Below, one piece after another: positions 1 through 13,766 of a stretch of 64,000 nt of DNA. The DNA comes from Geosiphon pyriformis uo1 (Eukaryota; Fungi; Glomeromycota). The DNA is taken from contig JAAOMT010000226.1 in assembly GCA_016748015.1 (NCBI GenBank), positions 726,604 through 790,603 on the forward strand, in the 5' to 3' direction. Position 1 is the first letter of the stretch, and every line of letters starts with the position of its first letter. The position numbers were made by a program, and so were the translations under genes. The notes beneath the pieces are model-generated. The model searched no databases and had not been told where the DNA came from. It worked only from the letters and a program-made list of their open reading frames with translations.

Positions 1-1847
1 ACCACCAGCTGTATTCAGTAATAACAGCAATGCTATTTTGGAACATGGAGAGTTTACCATGAATAAAAAGACTTATAGCATCATCCCAGATTTACCAAGT
101 GATGAGGCATTCGAAGTTAAAGATCGATTTACGGATGTGAGCAGTGTATACACTGTAAGATTTCGTTTTTTTATACATTATTTTCTAAAAACCACAAAAT
201 AAATTAACCTTTGAATTAATTCTATTACCATCTTGTACTCAACTTTTAGAACATTTTTGCGAGTGGTCCTAATAATTCAAAAAATAAAGCTCGTGCAAGA
301 ATTCTTTCACGACTAGGCTATTTTGCAACAGATGATAAAACATTATCGACAAGCCCTGATTTTCCATCTTTAATGCGTTCTCCATCAACTCGTGGATGGG
401 ATTTCTTGCTGGTAAGAAAATAAAAAAATTCAAAATCACATGTTTCTAAAACTTATCAACCTAAAATATGATATACAGGAAGAAGAGGAAGATGCAATCA
501 AAGAGTTGGAAAGAATAGAAATAGAAATGGAATCCCAACGTGATACACGTTCAAGAAATAAAGTTTCCAATTCTCAGGCACTTGTGAAGGTCAACGGGTC
601 TGCAAGAAAAAGACTTCATGCTGTAGCTCCAGTTCCGCCAAAGAAAAATATTCAGGTAATGCATCCCACATAGATTTCTTTGCAGCCTAGCTCGCTAACT
701 TTTTTTTTTTACAAACAAGGATCGGAATAGTGTCTTCGGAAATCAATCAAACTCATCACATGGTCAATACTCACGAGAACTGTACGCATTAAAATCGAGC
801 TTCAAAAAAATTTAGCATTCAATCCTATCATTCCCTCACTCTTTTCCTCTACAAAATTCTATAGAGGTAATTTCAAACGAGAGCCAGGAGTCCCTCTTAA
901 AATGAACCCTCCATCAATTTCCCATTCAAATTTTGATGATGGACGTATGTCACGCACCGATGACGAGATTCTTGGATTTATTGGAGTTCCTGATCACGAA
1001 GGATGGTTGAAAAAACAAGGCGAAAAGTACAAGACATGGAAAAATCGTTTCTGTATATTGAAGGGCGTGCATCTATATTATCTCAAAAGCGATAAACTGG
1101 GCAATTTTGTAGGTCAAGAAAAAGCTCAATTTTTGCTTTGGATCAACATTAATTTCAATTTGTAAATACTCAGGGGTCGAAAGATACGGGAATTAGAGGT
1201 AGAATTAACTTGACTGGTTATAAGATAATCCCGGATGAAAACATTTATCCTGGAAAATACGGATTTCGAGCCGTTCACGAAACTGAGCGAGTATACTTCT
1301 TCGCACACGATGATGCCGAGAAAACCAAAGAATGGATGAAAGCCATGATGAAAGCTACTATTACAAGAGATATGACAGGTAAGCTTTAAATTTGAACTTG
1401 GCAGGAAATTAAATATGCTAACCGAATAAATGTTTAATACTCTTATATTTGATTTCAATTTCAGCTCCAGTCATCTCTTCATGCAATATACCCACATTAC
1501 CATTAGCAGCCGCACAAAAACTGAATCCACGCCCATCATTCACACGTCCTTCTTCAGTGAGTTCCGAATACCAGCAAAATGCGGCTCGAACTTTAGGCCC
1601 ATCATCCATGGTTTATTCTCGCAGCTTATCCCCCACTGGCACCACCTATAATCATTCACTACCACCGCCATCACATCAATCAAATATGTCTTTAAACAAT
1701 TATATTTATCAATCAGAAAATCCTAATCTCCCACCCATCGCTGTGACTGATCACAGTGGTTATAATGGTACAATGCTATCATCTCATTCACCACCACATT
1801 CTCACATGGCGCCAACACCAATGGGGTATCACCAAACGTTTGTTTAA
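1..1847 (+). CDS. Boi1/Boi2/Pob1-like polarity protein, 3' part with PH domain (multi-exon, 5' end outside the window)
   Basis: Spliced exons read PDHEGWLKKQGEKYKTWKNRFCILKGVHLYYLKS...RGRINLTGYKIIPDENIYPGKYGFRAVHETERVYFFAHDDAEKTKEWMKAMMKATITRD, then PVISSCNIPTLPLAAAQ, typical of the fungal Boi PH domain and the motif after it. GT-AG introns (e.g. 155-249, 412-478). Stop at 1845-1847. Confidence 0.8.
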
Positions 1848-2371
1848 TAGTGTTTCAGTTCGCAATTTGTCGTAGTCATCCTGGTAAAACTGGTAATAGC
1901 CAAAATGATTGTCTTTTTCGTATTCACCATCAACCCAAACTAATTTTATAAATAGTATAAAAGCATTAGCAAAAATTTGTGCGATAAAAATTTCTTGTTG
2001 AGAAATTCCCAATGAATTTATAATTTCAAGGCAACAAATTTAATGTAGAGCTGTAAAATTTTTCATAACGTATTAGATATTAGATAGCATTAATTCGTTA
2101 CATTACCCTGATCTATTTAAAGGTTATCGCTTTTTAGATTTGGCATTTTAATATATCAAATCGAACATTAAAATGATGTGACAGTAACTTTTCTGTTTTT
2201 GGCCGCGTGAGCAACATCATGCAAATTAAATGGCGCTTGTGTTAACAATGGAAAACATGCAAATCCTTGGCGCAAAACCGGATTACTAATTAGATTTGAG
2301 TCTCATATTATTTCATTCGAGTGTTTAACATAATTATTATTACCAACTTCAGAATTTTTTGCAATCTCTCC

Positions 2372-3890
2372 ATGATGATTGGAAAACTTATTTTATCTTT
2401 ATTTTTCGCTTCTTTGTTTCTCATCTGTCAAGCATCAGGCAAGGGTAAAAAAGTTTTCCAAATTTTCGATAGAATTTTGACTTTTTTTAATGTTTCCATA
2501 TTTAATCCCTTTTTAGCAAGTCAATTACGTCCCGTGGTCATGTGGCACGGAATGGGAGATAGCTGTTGTAACGCGGAAAGTATGGGCAAAATTAAGGAAT
2601 TTATTGAAAAATCACTTCCTGGAATATATGTCCATTCGATCAGGCTTGGTAGCGATGAAAAGGAAGATAGGAAAGCTGGATTTTTCGGAAATGCTAAGGA
2701 TCAGGTGGGCAGAAATAATAAGTCAATTTAAATGATGATGTATGAATCAAATATCTCATTAATTTCACTTTGGAAATAGGTAGAAGAGGTATGTAAAATA
2801 TTGCAGGCCGATGAAAAACTTCACCGTGGGTTTAATGCACTCGGTTTCTCTCAGGTACGTTAAACTATTATGAAAGAGTCATTTGAATGCATTAATTTTC
2901 GTATTAATGCAAATTTTTATTTTGGTAATAAAAACGAAGGGTGGATTGTTTCTTCGGTAGGTTAAAGCATGTTTTCTTTTAGCGTAAAAATTGGTCAAAA
3001 TTTTTCATTTTTCTTGTTCCGATTCAAAGTAATTATGTGCAACGTTGCAATAATCCTCCTGTTCACAATTTAATTACATTTGGCTCCCCACACCAAGGTA
3101 AAACCATCGCTATTCGATTTTTATTTTTCCTTTAACATTTGAAATTTGAAATTTTTTTATATCCCAAATTCAGGTATCTCGGATATCCCTGGATGCGAAA
3201 ATAATGATGTCTGGTGTCAACTAATGCGATCCATAGCTCGTCGTGGTGTATATTCTAACTATGCCCAAACACACGTTATACAAGCTCAATATTATAAAGA
3301 CCCAGAAAGGTTGGACCTTTATAAAGAAAGAAACGTCTATTTGCCGGATATTAATAATGAATTGGATGTCAAGAATTCGACATACAAAAAGAATCTTGCT
3401 TCTTTGAATGCTCTCGTCTTGATTCGCTTCACCCAGGATGTTACTCTCAAACCTAAGGATACTGCGGTACGCGTTTTAGCTTTTTAATAATTTTATTTAA
3501 AGAATTATAAGAAATCTCACTTCTCTAACATAATACTCTCAGTGGTTTTCATTTTATAACGAGGATGGTGATCTAGAGCCTCTTTGTGATACACCCCTTT
3601 ATAAACAAGATTGGATCGGATTAAAAATCCTTAATGAAGATGCTCGATTGGTTTTCAAGGAAATTGAAGGCGGCCATGTAAGATAGACTTAAAAATTAAT
3701 ATCTACAACAAACCTTTGAAATTAATTTTTGCAAACTTTCCATTTTTTATAGATGCAAATATCTTTGGAATATCTCTTGGAAGAAGTCATAACACCTTAT
3801 TTAAGTGATCCATTGAGCCCAGAGTTTAAATCTGGGACCAAATTGACAATTCAAATCTCCAAGCAGCATTGGGAATTCCAAATGAATTGA
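2372..3890 (+). CDS. PPT1: Palmitoyl-protein thioesterase 1 (secreted/vacuolar, multi-exon)
   Basis: Signal peptide; PVVMWHGMGDSCC; nucleophile motif GFSQ|GGLFLR split by introns; LITFGSPHQG; QAQYYKDP; YKQDWIGLK; catalytic GH|MQ; stop TGA at 3888-3890. Confidence 0.92.
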
Positions 3891-4384
3891 TGTCTTAAGT
3901 TTATTTTCTTAGAGCTTTTTCAAAATTATTGTAAAGCCTTAACTTTAATTAAAATTTTTGTTTATGATTTTGAATTTGAAATTACTAAAGACATGGACCA
4001 TACTAAAGCTGATTCAACTGAATACTTATCAAGACTTTCGGAATCTTTTGTTTAAATTTTTTCTTATTCTGGAAATATTCAGATACTTGATTTGAAGTGT
4101 ATTCTCTTATTTAAGCCAATTAAAAGCAATACTGCATTGCATATTGTAAAGTCTAATTTAAACAAAGAAACTCTTCACGGTCAAAAGATAGCTTAAACAC
4201 AAAGAAGTTTGTTTTGAAAAAGTTGAATATGACGAACATCAAAATATAATAGAGTCTCACATTAAAGAGATATTTATAAACATTTTGACAGATATAAAAT
4301 ATGGAAAACAGATGTTTAATTGTACACTTTATACATGTAGTTGCAATTTCTGAAAAAAAGTTTGGTTGCAATCCAAATATTTCC

Positions 4385-5247
4385 TATTTATATGGCACAA
4401 TTGAGAAGCTTTTACTTTTTGCTTTTTTGTCTCTTGTTCTCGAGCTGAGATTTTCCAAGCTAGGTTCCTGTTTGCTGGATTGGCTTATGCTAACAATCTT
4501 ATTCTTCGCAGTTACATTGAAGATAATTTTCACAAAATGAACGCCAAAATTAAAAGGATATAGATTAGATATTTTAAGCTTGGGCACCAATGAAATCACA
4601 CCCTTAAATTTTAATGCGCAGGGAAAAAGAGAAGGTGAGCCATGAGCAATGCCCAGGAGAAAAGTCACAATTCCAAGATAAGCTTGGAGTTCTTTCAAGC
4701 TTGCACTTGTGAATTGGAGCATTATCTTCCTGAAATATTGCTTTTTCCGTGAACATGATTATTGGATAGACTATATTTAATATATGCTTCGCGAATAAAC
4801 CTTGTCCGCTAATACATCCCCGTACTATGATAAATTTATGTCCACTTTTAACGGTTGCCCGCATATGATCAGAGTTTTAAAGCTCACTTTTATCACATCA
4901 TACACGAAATTTTTCTATATGAATCAGTGCTTATAGAGGATTCATCCGTCCAAAGAACACGTCGCTAATCCTCTGGTTCCAATGGTTGTAGGTTTTAGCA
5001 CTTTAACCGTTTGATTCGGTTTACTTCGTTAATAATTGGTTTCTTACGCATTATCACTACTTTTTGTTAAGATCTTTTTGGCGACCCATTTGTGTATACA
5101 TTTCGAATTTTCAAGTTCTTTTAAATAATAAATCAAACAAAGACGACGAATGTCTTTTGTTATGAACAATAACCACACAAGTGCAATTTTAAGGTGGTTA
5201 GTATTACGATTTTTTGAGGAAATCCTCCTTTTTGTGTGACCCGTCTG
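4385..5247 (-). mobile_element. Degenerate Tc1-like DNA transposon (DDE_3 transposase relic)
   Basis: Minus strand reads MGRQKDL, RKKPIINEVNRIKR, WTDES, IIVRGCISGQG, IFQEDNAPIHKCK with frameshifts. The terminus CAGACGGGTCACACA (minus strand) at 5247 is flanked by TA. The other end is approximate. Confidence 0.75.
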
Positions 5248-5480
5248 TACGTAATTTTTAGTTTTGCTGCTTCAACAATGGAATAGTAGAGAACGGAAAT
5301 GTTACACTTTACTAGCTTTTCCTGACCATTGATTGGCTCTATTACTCCCAATAAAAGAGGATATTAAAGTATGTAATCGACAGCATGTTTGATGTTTAAA
5401 TACTTATCGGAGAATTTTAACTCATTACAGAATTTAATATTTTCTCCCTCTATATACTTATTTATCTATCTATTTTCCCG

Positions 5481-8091
5481 ATGTCTGTTAAAGCGATTGC
5501 CCTTCATGATTGCACTGCGGATGACGATGCAGAACTTTCTTTTAAAAAAGGCGATCGTTTTGTTGATGGTTTGTGATCAAAGAGCAGATTTGATCTTGAT
5601 CACATTTCTTGCCAATTTTCTTTACTTATCTGAAGACGGCTCAATTTACTTTTTTCGTTTTACAGTTGTTGAAAGCGGTGAAGAGGGATGGCTCGAAGCA
5701 AAAAAAGAAGGGACGAACGAAAGAGGAGTTCTCCCAAAAAATTATGTCCAACTTATTATAGGCCAGGTATATATAATAGAAAATATCGTTTTAGTCCAAT
5801 TACTGAAGAAAACGATGTAAAATAATATATTTTGAATCCACTTAAGCCATCTCCACGCCCGATTAAGAAAACTATCACCGCAAATATTTCAAAAGAATCT
5901 CCCTCAAGTATTCGACCATCTTTGCCTCCAAAACCATCTTCAGAGTTAATTGCTATTTCAGGTGTTAATTCGAGTGCCATTATCCTTAAGTTAAATTTTG
6001 AGTTTAATATCTATTTTAAACATTTTGTAATTTCTAATTTCCTTGATATCAGCCTCTACGAATTCTGAAAAACAACCGCCTTCTATCAGTAAAAACCCAA
6101 AGAAATTACCGGCAGGTGTCTTCGCTACATTTGAAACAAACAACACAAATTCAAATTTGTTTTCACAATTTGGTAACAAACCTGCAGCATCCTTAAAGCC
6201 AAAAGAAAAGATGGGGGAAATTTTGACAGATAAACCAGAAATGGAATCTGAAGTAGAACCTGTACTGCCATCTGTCAGCGATATTCGTAAGGCACTTGAA
6301 CAAAAGTCAATCCAAAAAACTTCTGGTGTCTCGCCCTCAATACAAAATACTGTTAGACCAAAATCTGATATTAATACTAGCATCACATCAAGGTCGTCAG
6401 CTGCGCTCAAAATTTCTCCCCGGCCTGAATCCGACCCCAAAATGAAATTGCAAAGTAAATTTATGCAAGACGGTGAGGTTGACACAAACTTGGTCCAACC
6501 ATCGACAGTAAAAAGACAAAATCTTCCTTTTGTTCCTCCAAAACCTCTCATTAAACCTCCTATAATTGGTTCTAAACCGTCTCTGAATAAAAATACCTCT
6601 CAAGCAATCCCTGCAAATAAAAGTTCATTTAAGCCTCCTTCCAGCTCTAGAGAATTGGAAGATGCACAATCATCGAATTCAAATGATAAACAACCCACTG
6701 GTCCATTGAAACGTCCAATTTTGCCCCCAAGGAAACTTTCAAATTCTTCTATATCAAATGAATTTTCAGAAGGGGAAACTTCGCCTCCAAAAATACCCCC
6801 AAGACCTTCGCCTCTAGAAAAAGCTGAATCTTCCGTATTGGTCTGATTTTCTAAAGTCTTTTGTGGTCTCTACGTTTCAAGTGATATTCAGTTAACATTT
6901 TTTTATAATCATCAAAATAGCCCAATTATAACTTGAATGATCGATTAAATAAAGCCGAAACCGAAACAAAAATTAAAGTGCAAAATCAAGCAGCCGAAGG
7001 CGCGAAAAAGGGTGTCTCAGCAGGATTTAAAGAAGGACAAGGTGAAAATTGTAAATTCTTATATCCATAGAATATTTGATTAATTTTCATATATCTTTCT
7101 TTCTATCGTCGAAATTAGATAGGCTTAATACGAGCTTAGGTGGTAGGAAATTACCTGGGCAAGATAAATTGTTTGGCAAAGTAGAAAAATTTGCACAAGC
7201 CGAAGCTGAAAAGAAATCCAGAATAACAGCGGGGGATAAATTCGATGATCATTCGAAGATTTTTAAAGAGAACGCAAAATCGAACATGAATTCTTTACAA
7301 AGGGAATCAGAAAATGGAATTTCAAAAAATTCATCCCTTTCGGATCGAATTAAAGGATTGAAGCTCTCAACGGCGAACCTCAATAATAATAATAATAATA
7401 ATAATAGTAATAATAATAGCAATAATTATAACAATAACAATCTGTTAATACCGCCACCGCTACCAGTTCGTAAAAATACTGTGAACTCTTCAACAGATGT
7501 GACCAGTAGCCCCAAAACGATTCCTCCTAGGCCACCTCAGCATAATCCATTTAGTGGTGAGTATTCTTTCAGGTCAGGACTGATATTTTCGATGTTTGTT
7601 ATGCTATGAGGTTTAAATTCGAATACAATTTTTTTTTGATTTTAATTCAGAGCATAATCTTTCCAAAGGTATCCCAGCTGATGCCCGAAAACGATATGAG
7701 CAGGTATTTGAAGCGAAGCAAAACCGTGAGGGATATATTGATGGTATGACTACATGATTTATTAGATCATATTCTTTCAGCGCAATTTAACCTTGTTTTC
7801 TTGAAAAATAGGTGAGGTTGTCAAAGATATATATGTTAAAAGTCGACTTGATAGTAAAACCTTACATAAAATATGGTAACCTATTTTAAGCTTAAAATTT
7901 ATCAAATATAAATGGAAATACTTGACTAATATAGTTTGTTTTATGTTAGGAATCTTGTGGATACCAGAAAAATTGGAAAGCTTAACAAGCAAGAATTCAG
8001 CGCCGGCATGTTTCTCATTGATGAGCGTTTAAAAGGTATTCCTGTTCCCGATAATTTACCTAGAGAAACCCTCAATTTATTCCTTTGCTGA
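5481..8091 (+). CDS. SH3 domain - proline-rich linker - C-terminal EH domain protein (endocytic adaptor-like, multi-exon)
   Basis: Exons 1 and 2 give the SH3 domain AIALHDCTADDDAELSFKKGD...EEGWLEAKKEGTNERGVLPKNYVQ. Many PxxP motifs follow. The last exons give an EH domain (RKRYEQVF...GYIDGEVVKDIYVKSRLDSKTLHKIWNLVDTRKIGKLNKQEFSAGMFLIDERLKGIPVPDNLP). Stop at 8089-8091. Confidence 0.85.
7381..7440 (+). repeat. (AAT)n microsatellite encoding a poly-Asn tract
   Basis: Imperfect AAT/AAC run inside an exon of the SH3-EH gene. Confidence 0.9.
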
Positions 8092-8565
8092 ATGGCTTTA
8101 TCAGTAAATTGTAATTAAGGAAAAGTCAAATTGCGAGAAAAGTTAAATGATATTTTGCTTACGATTATAATTTCTTGAATTAATTTGTAAATGCTTCTGG
8201 TTCAAGCCTTATTTTTTCCGGGAAGAAATCAAAGATACAAAAATGAAAATATTATTTTATAATGTTTCCATATCTTAACAGTTTTAAAGTTCTTATGGAT
8301 TTTGCATTGTAAGCAAATAAATATAAAATTTGCAATGGTCAATTTTACTTTATAATTTGCTTTTTTCGAATTTAATAAATAATTCTCATGAATTGACAAA
8401 AAAAGTTGTTAGCTATTCAAAAAATCTGCAAAAACATTTAAAATATTATAATTGTCACAAATTAACTTTATTTACAAGTTTTTGTTATATATATTGAAAA
8501 CAACATTTAAAGCTGACAACAGTTTGCATGTAACAACTAAAAACAAATTAATAAAATTTATTATA

Positions 8566-10770
8566 CAGTCAGACCTCTATAAAAGAACACAGTTGGGACA
8601 TGCAAATTATGTCAAATAAACTATATTTATTTATTTATTAAATCAATCAATTATTATTATTATTATTATTAAAATATTGATTAATTGTTACCTGTTTTTT
8701 AGAATTTTCCTTCATTTTTTCGTATTCATATAATTTTTTTCTAAGTAAATTTTGGTTTTCTATACTAAAATTTTCTTTTGCTAATTGCTCTTCAAATCTA
8801 ATTACCTTATTTAATGCTTCATATGCTTCATATGCTTCTGTAATTGTAATTAAAGCAGGTGGAGATTCTTCTAATTCTTCTTCCGAGTCATTAATTGTAT
8901 TGGTTTCAATTTGAGCATCGGCTAAAACCATATCTACAATTTCATTATTATCAAGAATATTTTCAGTTGCCAATAATTCCTCAACTGCTACAGTATAATC
9001 TTCGAGATTTTTGACCAATTGTTGTGCATTTGATGGTAAATTGTTGAATATATCCATAGCAATTGATGTTTCGGATTCTTGAATTTCTAATTCTTGATTA
9101 TAGAAAAGAATATCTGTTTTTTGCCAACAGTTTTGAATTGTAACAGGTGTTACTTGAAACCATGATTGAACAACATAATTAATTGCTTGTTTTATGTTTA
9201 ATGTATATATTATATTACTTAACTGTTCAATATTAATTTTTTGTTCAAATTGATGTAAAATATGTTGACAATATAAGTGCTTATATTTGCCTTTGAAAGA
9301 TTTGATAATGTTAGCATCTATTGGTTGCAGATGTGATATAGTATTTGGAGGAAAATAGTGCAAAGTAATATTGGTTAATTGGAATGAATCTTCTCCTATT
9401 TGAGTATGATAAGAAGTTGCATTATCAACCAAAAGTAATATATGCCGATTTTGAATTCAAAAGCCTTTATTTATATATTTGAGCCATGCTTTCCATATAT
9501 CTGAGCGCATCCATGCTTTGGAATTGAATTTGTAAATTACAGATAGGTTGGAAGTATTAATTCCTTTAAAGCATCTTGGATTTTTTGCATGTCCAATTAC
9601 TAAAGGTTGCAATTTGTGAGATCCAGTTGAATTTGTAGCAAGAAGAATTGTAATCCAAGATTTATCCTATAAAAAACCCAATTAATTTAATATAACAATA
9701 ATATATAACGATAACAATTGGTAAGTATAATATATCAATTTTTTTCCTGCATTTCAACATTTTGCAAGTGTTTGATTTGGTCCCATACGAAAAAATAATC
9801 TTGTTTCATCAGCATTATATATGTCAGCAGGATCAAATTCGGATATAATGGTTTTTAATTTTCTTCGTTCTTCTGGTAAACTTTCAGTTGATACACTTCC
9901 TGATTCACCATGAAATCGGTAAACACATAATTGGTTTCGTTTTTTGAATTTTTGAATCCATCTATTTGAGAATTGCATTTCATTTTCGTGTATACAAGAA
10001 GTTTGGCAAATTTTTTTCCTTTCTCTTTAATTAGTTGATCATTGAATTCGATAGTGGCTGCCGTTACTTGTTCTACCCAATAACTTAAAGCTTGGTCTAA
10101 TAATGGAAATTTAAAGCTTTTGTGTCAAATAGATCTTTTTGAGATTTTATCAATTTCAATATTCAACCACTTTGCATGCTCTTTGATTATCTTGGAGACA
10201 GTTGGACGAGAAATATGAAGTTCTGGATATTTATGATTGAAGTAAGCTACAATATCATCATGTTTCATGCCATAGTGATTTTTGGAATATTGACAAATTT
10301 CTTTACAAAGAGCATCATTAGCTGCTGCTCGTTTTTGTTTTTTGAATAAAGGTTCCGACATTGTGATAATTTAGCAAGTCTGTTAGAAAATGCGCCTATA
10401 ATGATAATATTAGATTTGGTTTTTGCAAGCTTGAATTGGAATACAATAGGGACTAAGTGGCTGTACGTGAAAACAGACAAGATCAAAAAGAGGAAGTCCA
10501 ATGTAAATCGATTTAAAAGAAAGTTAGGATGAAATCAATTCAATACGTTTTAACTCTTTTCCCAATTACCAATTAACATCTAACACGTGATATTTGTTCT
10601 TATATAAAGGTAAATTTCGAATAAACGTTTGATAAAATTATGTTCTTGTTCCTTTATAGATTGTTCTTATATAAAGGGAAAATTTTTAATTAATCAATTG
10701 GTTCTATAAAAAAATGTTCTTTGTAAGAGGTTGTTCTTTTATCGAGGGTTCTTTTATGGAGGTCTGACTG
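8566..10770 (-). mobile_element. pogo/Tigger-like (Tc1/mariner superfamily) DNA transposon, full length
   Basis: 23-bp TIRs CAGTCAGACCTC(T/C)ATAAAAGAAC with one mismatch and TA on both flanks (8564-65, 10771-72). Several TIR-like subterminal repeats (TGTTCTT...AGG) at 10594-10748. Internal transposase. Confidence 0.93.
8647..10361 (-). pseudogene. Disrupted CENP-B/DDE_1 transposase
   Basis: HTH region (ISRPTVSKIIK; FPLLDQALSYW; FSNRWIQKFKKR), IYNADETRLFF, LLLVDNATSY, HLQPIDANIIKSFK. In-frame TGA at 10125, 9754 and 9457, plus a frameshift near 9990. Confidence 0.9.
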
Positions 10771-10799
10771 TAGTAAGCAATTATCATTTCACAATTTGT

Positions 10800-12270
10800 T
10801 TGTTTTAATAAAAACTTAAGTCTTAATTGTTTTGTTTTGTATTAAAGACACAAATGTAAAGATAAATTTTTTAAAGTCATATAAATAAAATTATATTAGT
10901 ATTAGTATTTTTTAAATAAAAGAAAAAATAAAGTATTGATTTTTGTAATTTTGAATTTAATAAGCATTATTAACAACTAATTAGCAAGGTCTTAAAAACT
11001 TATAAAAATATTGAAAACAATGCTTTTAAAACATAATTGAGTATAAAATTTAATTTAAGCTTGATTTTTTAATTAATACTATTTCAAATTTTTATTGTTA
11101 ATTAATATGGTTATTGTTTGTATTTTGTATTTAATAGTATATGTATATTTTCTTAGCTTTCAATTATTTTTTCACAGTTTGTTTTAATGTTTTTTATATT
11201 TACTAAGTTTTTTTTATATTAATATTAATAAATTTATGAAACAAAAAAATTGAATTGTATTTCGAATATAGTTAGTTACTTGATAATTCTTGACAAATTT
11301 GAAAAATAAAATACTTTTTTCCAATAATTATACAAGTCTATTTTTGTTAATTAAAATTAATTGTGTTTTAAATTAAATATATTTTGGCTTATAATATTTT
11401 AAAGCATGTAATAATTAATGTAACAATTACAATATGTAATCTTTGAATTAAAGATTGATTAATTTATGTTTTTTTTTAATTTATTCACTTTGACAATTAA
11501 AGAATTTTAACCCAATTGCTTTTTTTAATATTTGTAAATACAATATTTTACATTTTCTAAAAATTCATTAACAGTATTAGTTACACAAAAAAAAGAAAAT
11601 TCTTGTTTGTTTTAGCTGTATATTATTATGTAGTTGATTATTTTTAAGTTAAATTATTATTAATTAATTACATTATAACTTACTAATAGTAATATATAAA
11701 AAATTTTCTTATTAACAATTTCTTTAATTTGATCAACAATAGTTATTATATATTTTGATTCTGTTTATTTTAATAAAATTTTTCCTTTGCAACATTATTT
11801 GTTTCTTTATATTTTACAAATTCTTTGATATTATAATACTTTTTGAAACTAAATCATCATTTTAAAATTTTAAAATTTTATTAATGTTTATAAACTAAGT
11901 AAAATTATTAGTTTTTTGAGAAATTGATAGATTTATACTTTTTTTAATCTTTTTCTTCAAATTTTTGTTAAAAATGTTATATACTCGATTTTTCTATCTC
12001 AAATTAATTTTTTAATGTACTATTTAAAAGTATTAAATTGACTCTTTTGATTTGATAAAGTGTAATTTTTAAGCAAGTTTAAGAGTATTATGTTTCTGTT
12101 TTTGAACTTAAATATTTAAAATATTGTTTTGTTATATTGTTATAATTGTAATTTCTTAAATATTTAAGTCAATAAATTTAATAAAAAAAATCTATTTGTC
12201 ATCTTGATTCTAGCCAAATTATTATTTTCATTTACATTAATTGTTTACCCCTCTTTATTGTCCTGTAACA
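10800..12270. repeat. Extremely AT-rich block, probable hypermutated repeat relic
   Basis: No ORFs, very few C/G bases and almost no CpG. The family could not be decoded by eye. Confidence 0.45.
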
Positions 12271-13340
12271 ATAATAATTTAAAACTCCATTTCATCTAAA
12301 ATTCTCTGAAGGTACAATAAGTATCCCAATTATTATTTCTGCTATGAATTCAATTAAATGTTAGCAAAATATTTCTTTGAGAACAAAATTTAAAATATGA
12401 TCATTTCCGTAATATTACCATAGCCTTAAAATATAAAGAGCGTGAGATTCATTTTAAAGATCCTGGCCAACATTTAATAAGTAGTTTTTTGAATCGAAAT
12501 TATAGTTACTTTAAATTAAAAAGAGCCCTCAAATATCTGATTGTTTTAAAATAATTGTTTTAATTTTACACTGAATCTTAAGCAGACTCGTCTCAGTTTC
12601 ACCCAACTATTAATGGACGAAAATTTTAAAAGAATACGATTTATTAAAACCTTTGTGTAATTCTTGCAGGATTTTTATTCTCTATAACTTACCAACAATC
12701 AATTCATGCAGTTGGTGTACTAGACAATAAAAGAACACAGGTTCTAAAAAAACAAAATTAACAAAGGGATCATTTCTCTTAAAAATTCATAAAACGGGAA
12801 TTAAGTAATCAAGATAATAAAAGATATTTTAATACTTAGTTTATCAATGATTAACCTCAAAAGTTCATCGTTGAATTACCAAACACCAAACTACGTCTTA
12901 AATGTTATAGAAGCAGGAGAAACTAAATAAATTAGCGTAATTGTTTTAATAATAAAATGCTCAGAGTATAATGACCTTCATTGTTCAACAGTTAAGCGCC
13001 AAGAAAAGAACGGTAAACTATTAATGGAGCTTTTTTCTAAACTTTTTTATTTTATTTTTCAGTCTTTAAAATTAAAATATAATTTATCACAATTTCACAG
13101 TTATATCTGTGTACAAAATCTAAAACCCAAAAAGTGAACTTTTGATATTCCAAACCTTAGAATTTTTAAAGCAATTTCCCTTAATAAATTTTTATAAATA
13201 AGAACAGTTTTCCCAAAAAAATTATCTATTAATTTATTCTCACCAACAGAAATTCAACAAATGATTTGATTTAGAAGCTTTTTCATAAATTATATTTAAA
13301 GGAATCATAAAATTTTCTAGATTCGGGAAACTTTAATATC

Positions 13341-13766
13341 ATGTCTTTAAGTTTAAAAAAATTTTCATTGGCTTTTACTTTAATTCTCTTTATTATCATT
13401 TTGTCCCATGTCTCGGCGGCACCAATACCAACCAAAGAATTTTTACCCTATGATTTCGATTTGCCCATAGACCCAAACAATGTTGGTTTTGGAAATGAAG
13501 GCTATGGTAATGTCGGATACGGTAACATTGGGAACAATAATGTTGGGATTCTTAATAGTGGTAACGAGAATGTTGGCAATTATAATGGTCTATGGAGTGA
13601 AGGTATCGATAACGGCGACGCCAATATCGGAAACGAGAATGGTCAAGGAAATAAGGGTATTCACAACGGGAGTAAAAATATTGGAAGTAAAAACGGTTCT
13701 TTCAATGCTGGCTCCACAAATGGTAATAAAAATCTTGGGAACGGGAATGGGAGACTCAATGGTTGA
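13341..13766 (+). CDS. Secreted Asn/Gly-repeat protein, paralogue A (intronless, 141 aa)
   Basis: Signal peptide ending VSA-AP, followed by NxGxx and NxGxxNGxx repeats up to the C-terminus. Confidence 0.88.
   Translation: MSLSLKKFSLAFTLILFIIILSHVSAAPIPTKEFLPYDFDLPIDPNNVGFGNEGYGNVGYGNIGNNNVGILNSGNENVGNYNGLWSEGIDNGDANIGNENGQGNKGIHNGSKNIGSKNGSFNAGSTNGNKNLGNGNGRLNG

Noticed and set aside
5991-6603. Minus-strand ORFs over the SH3-EH gene, and similar shadows over the PH, M28, DPBB, Myb and MTase genes
   Set aside because: Antisense to well-supported exons.
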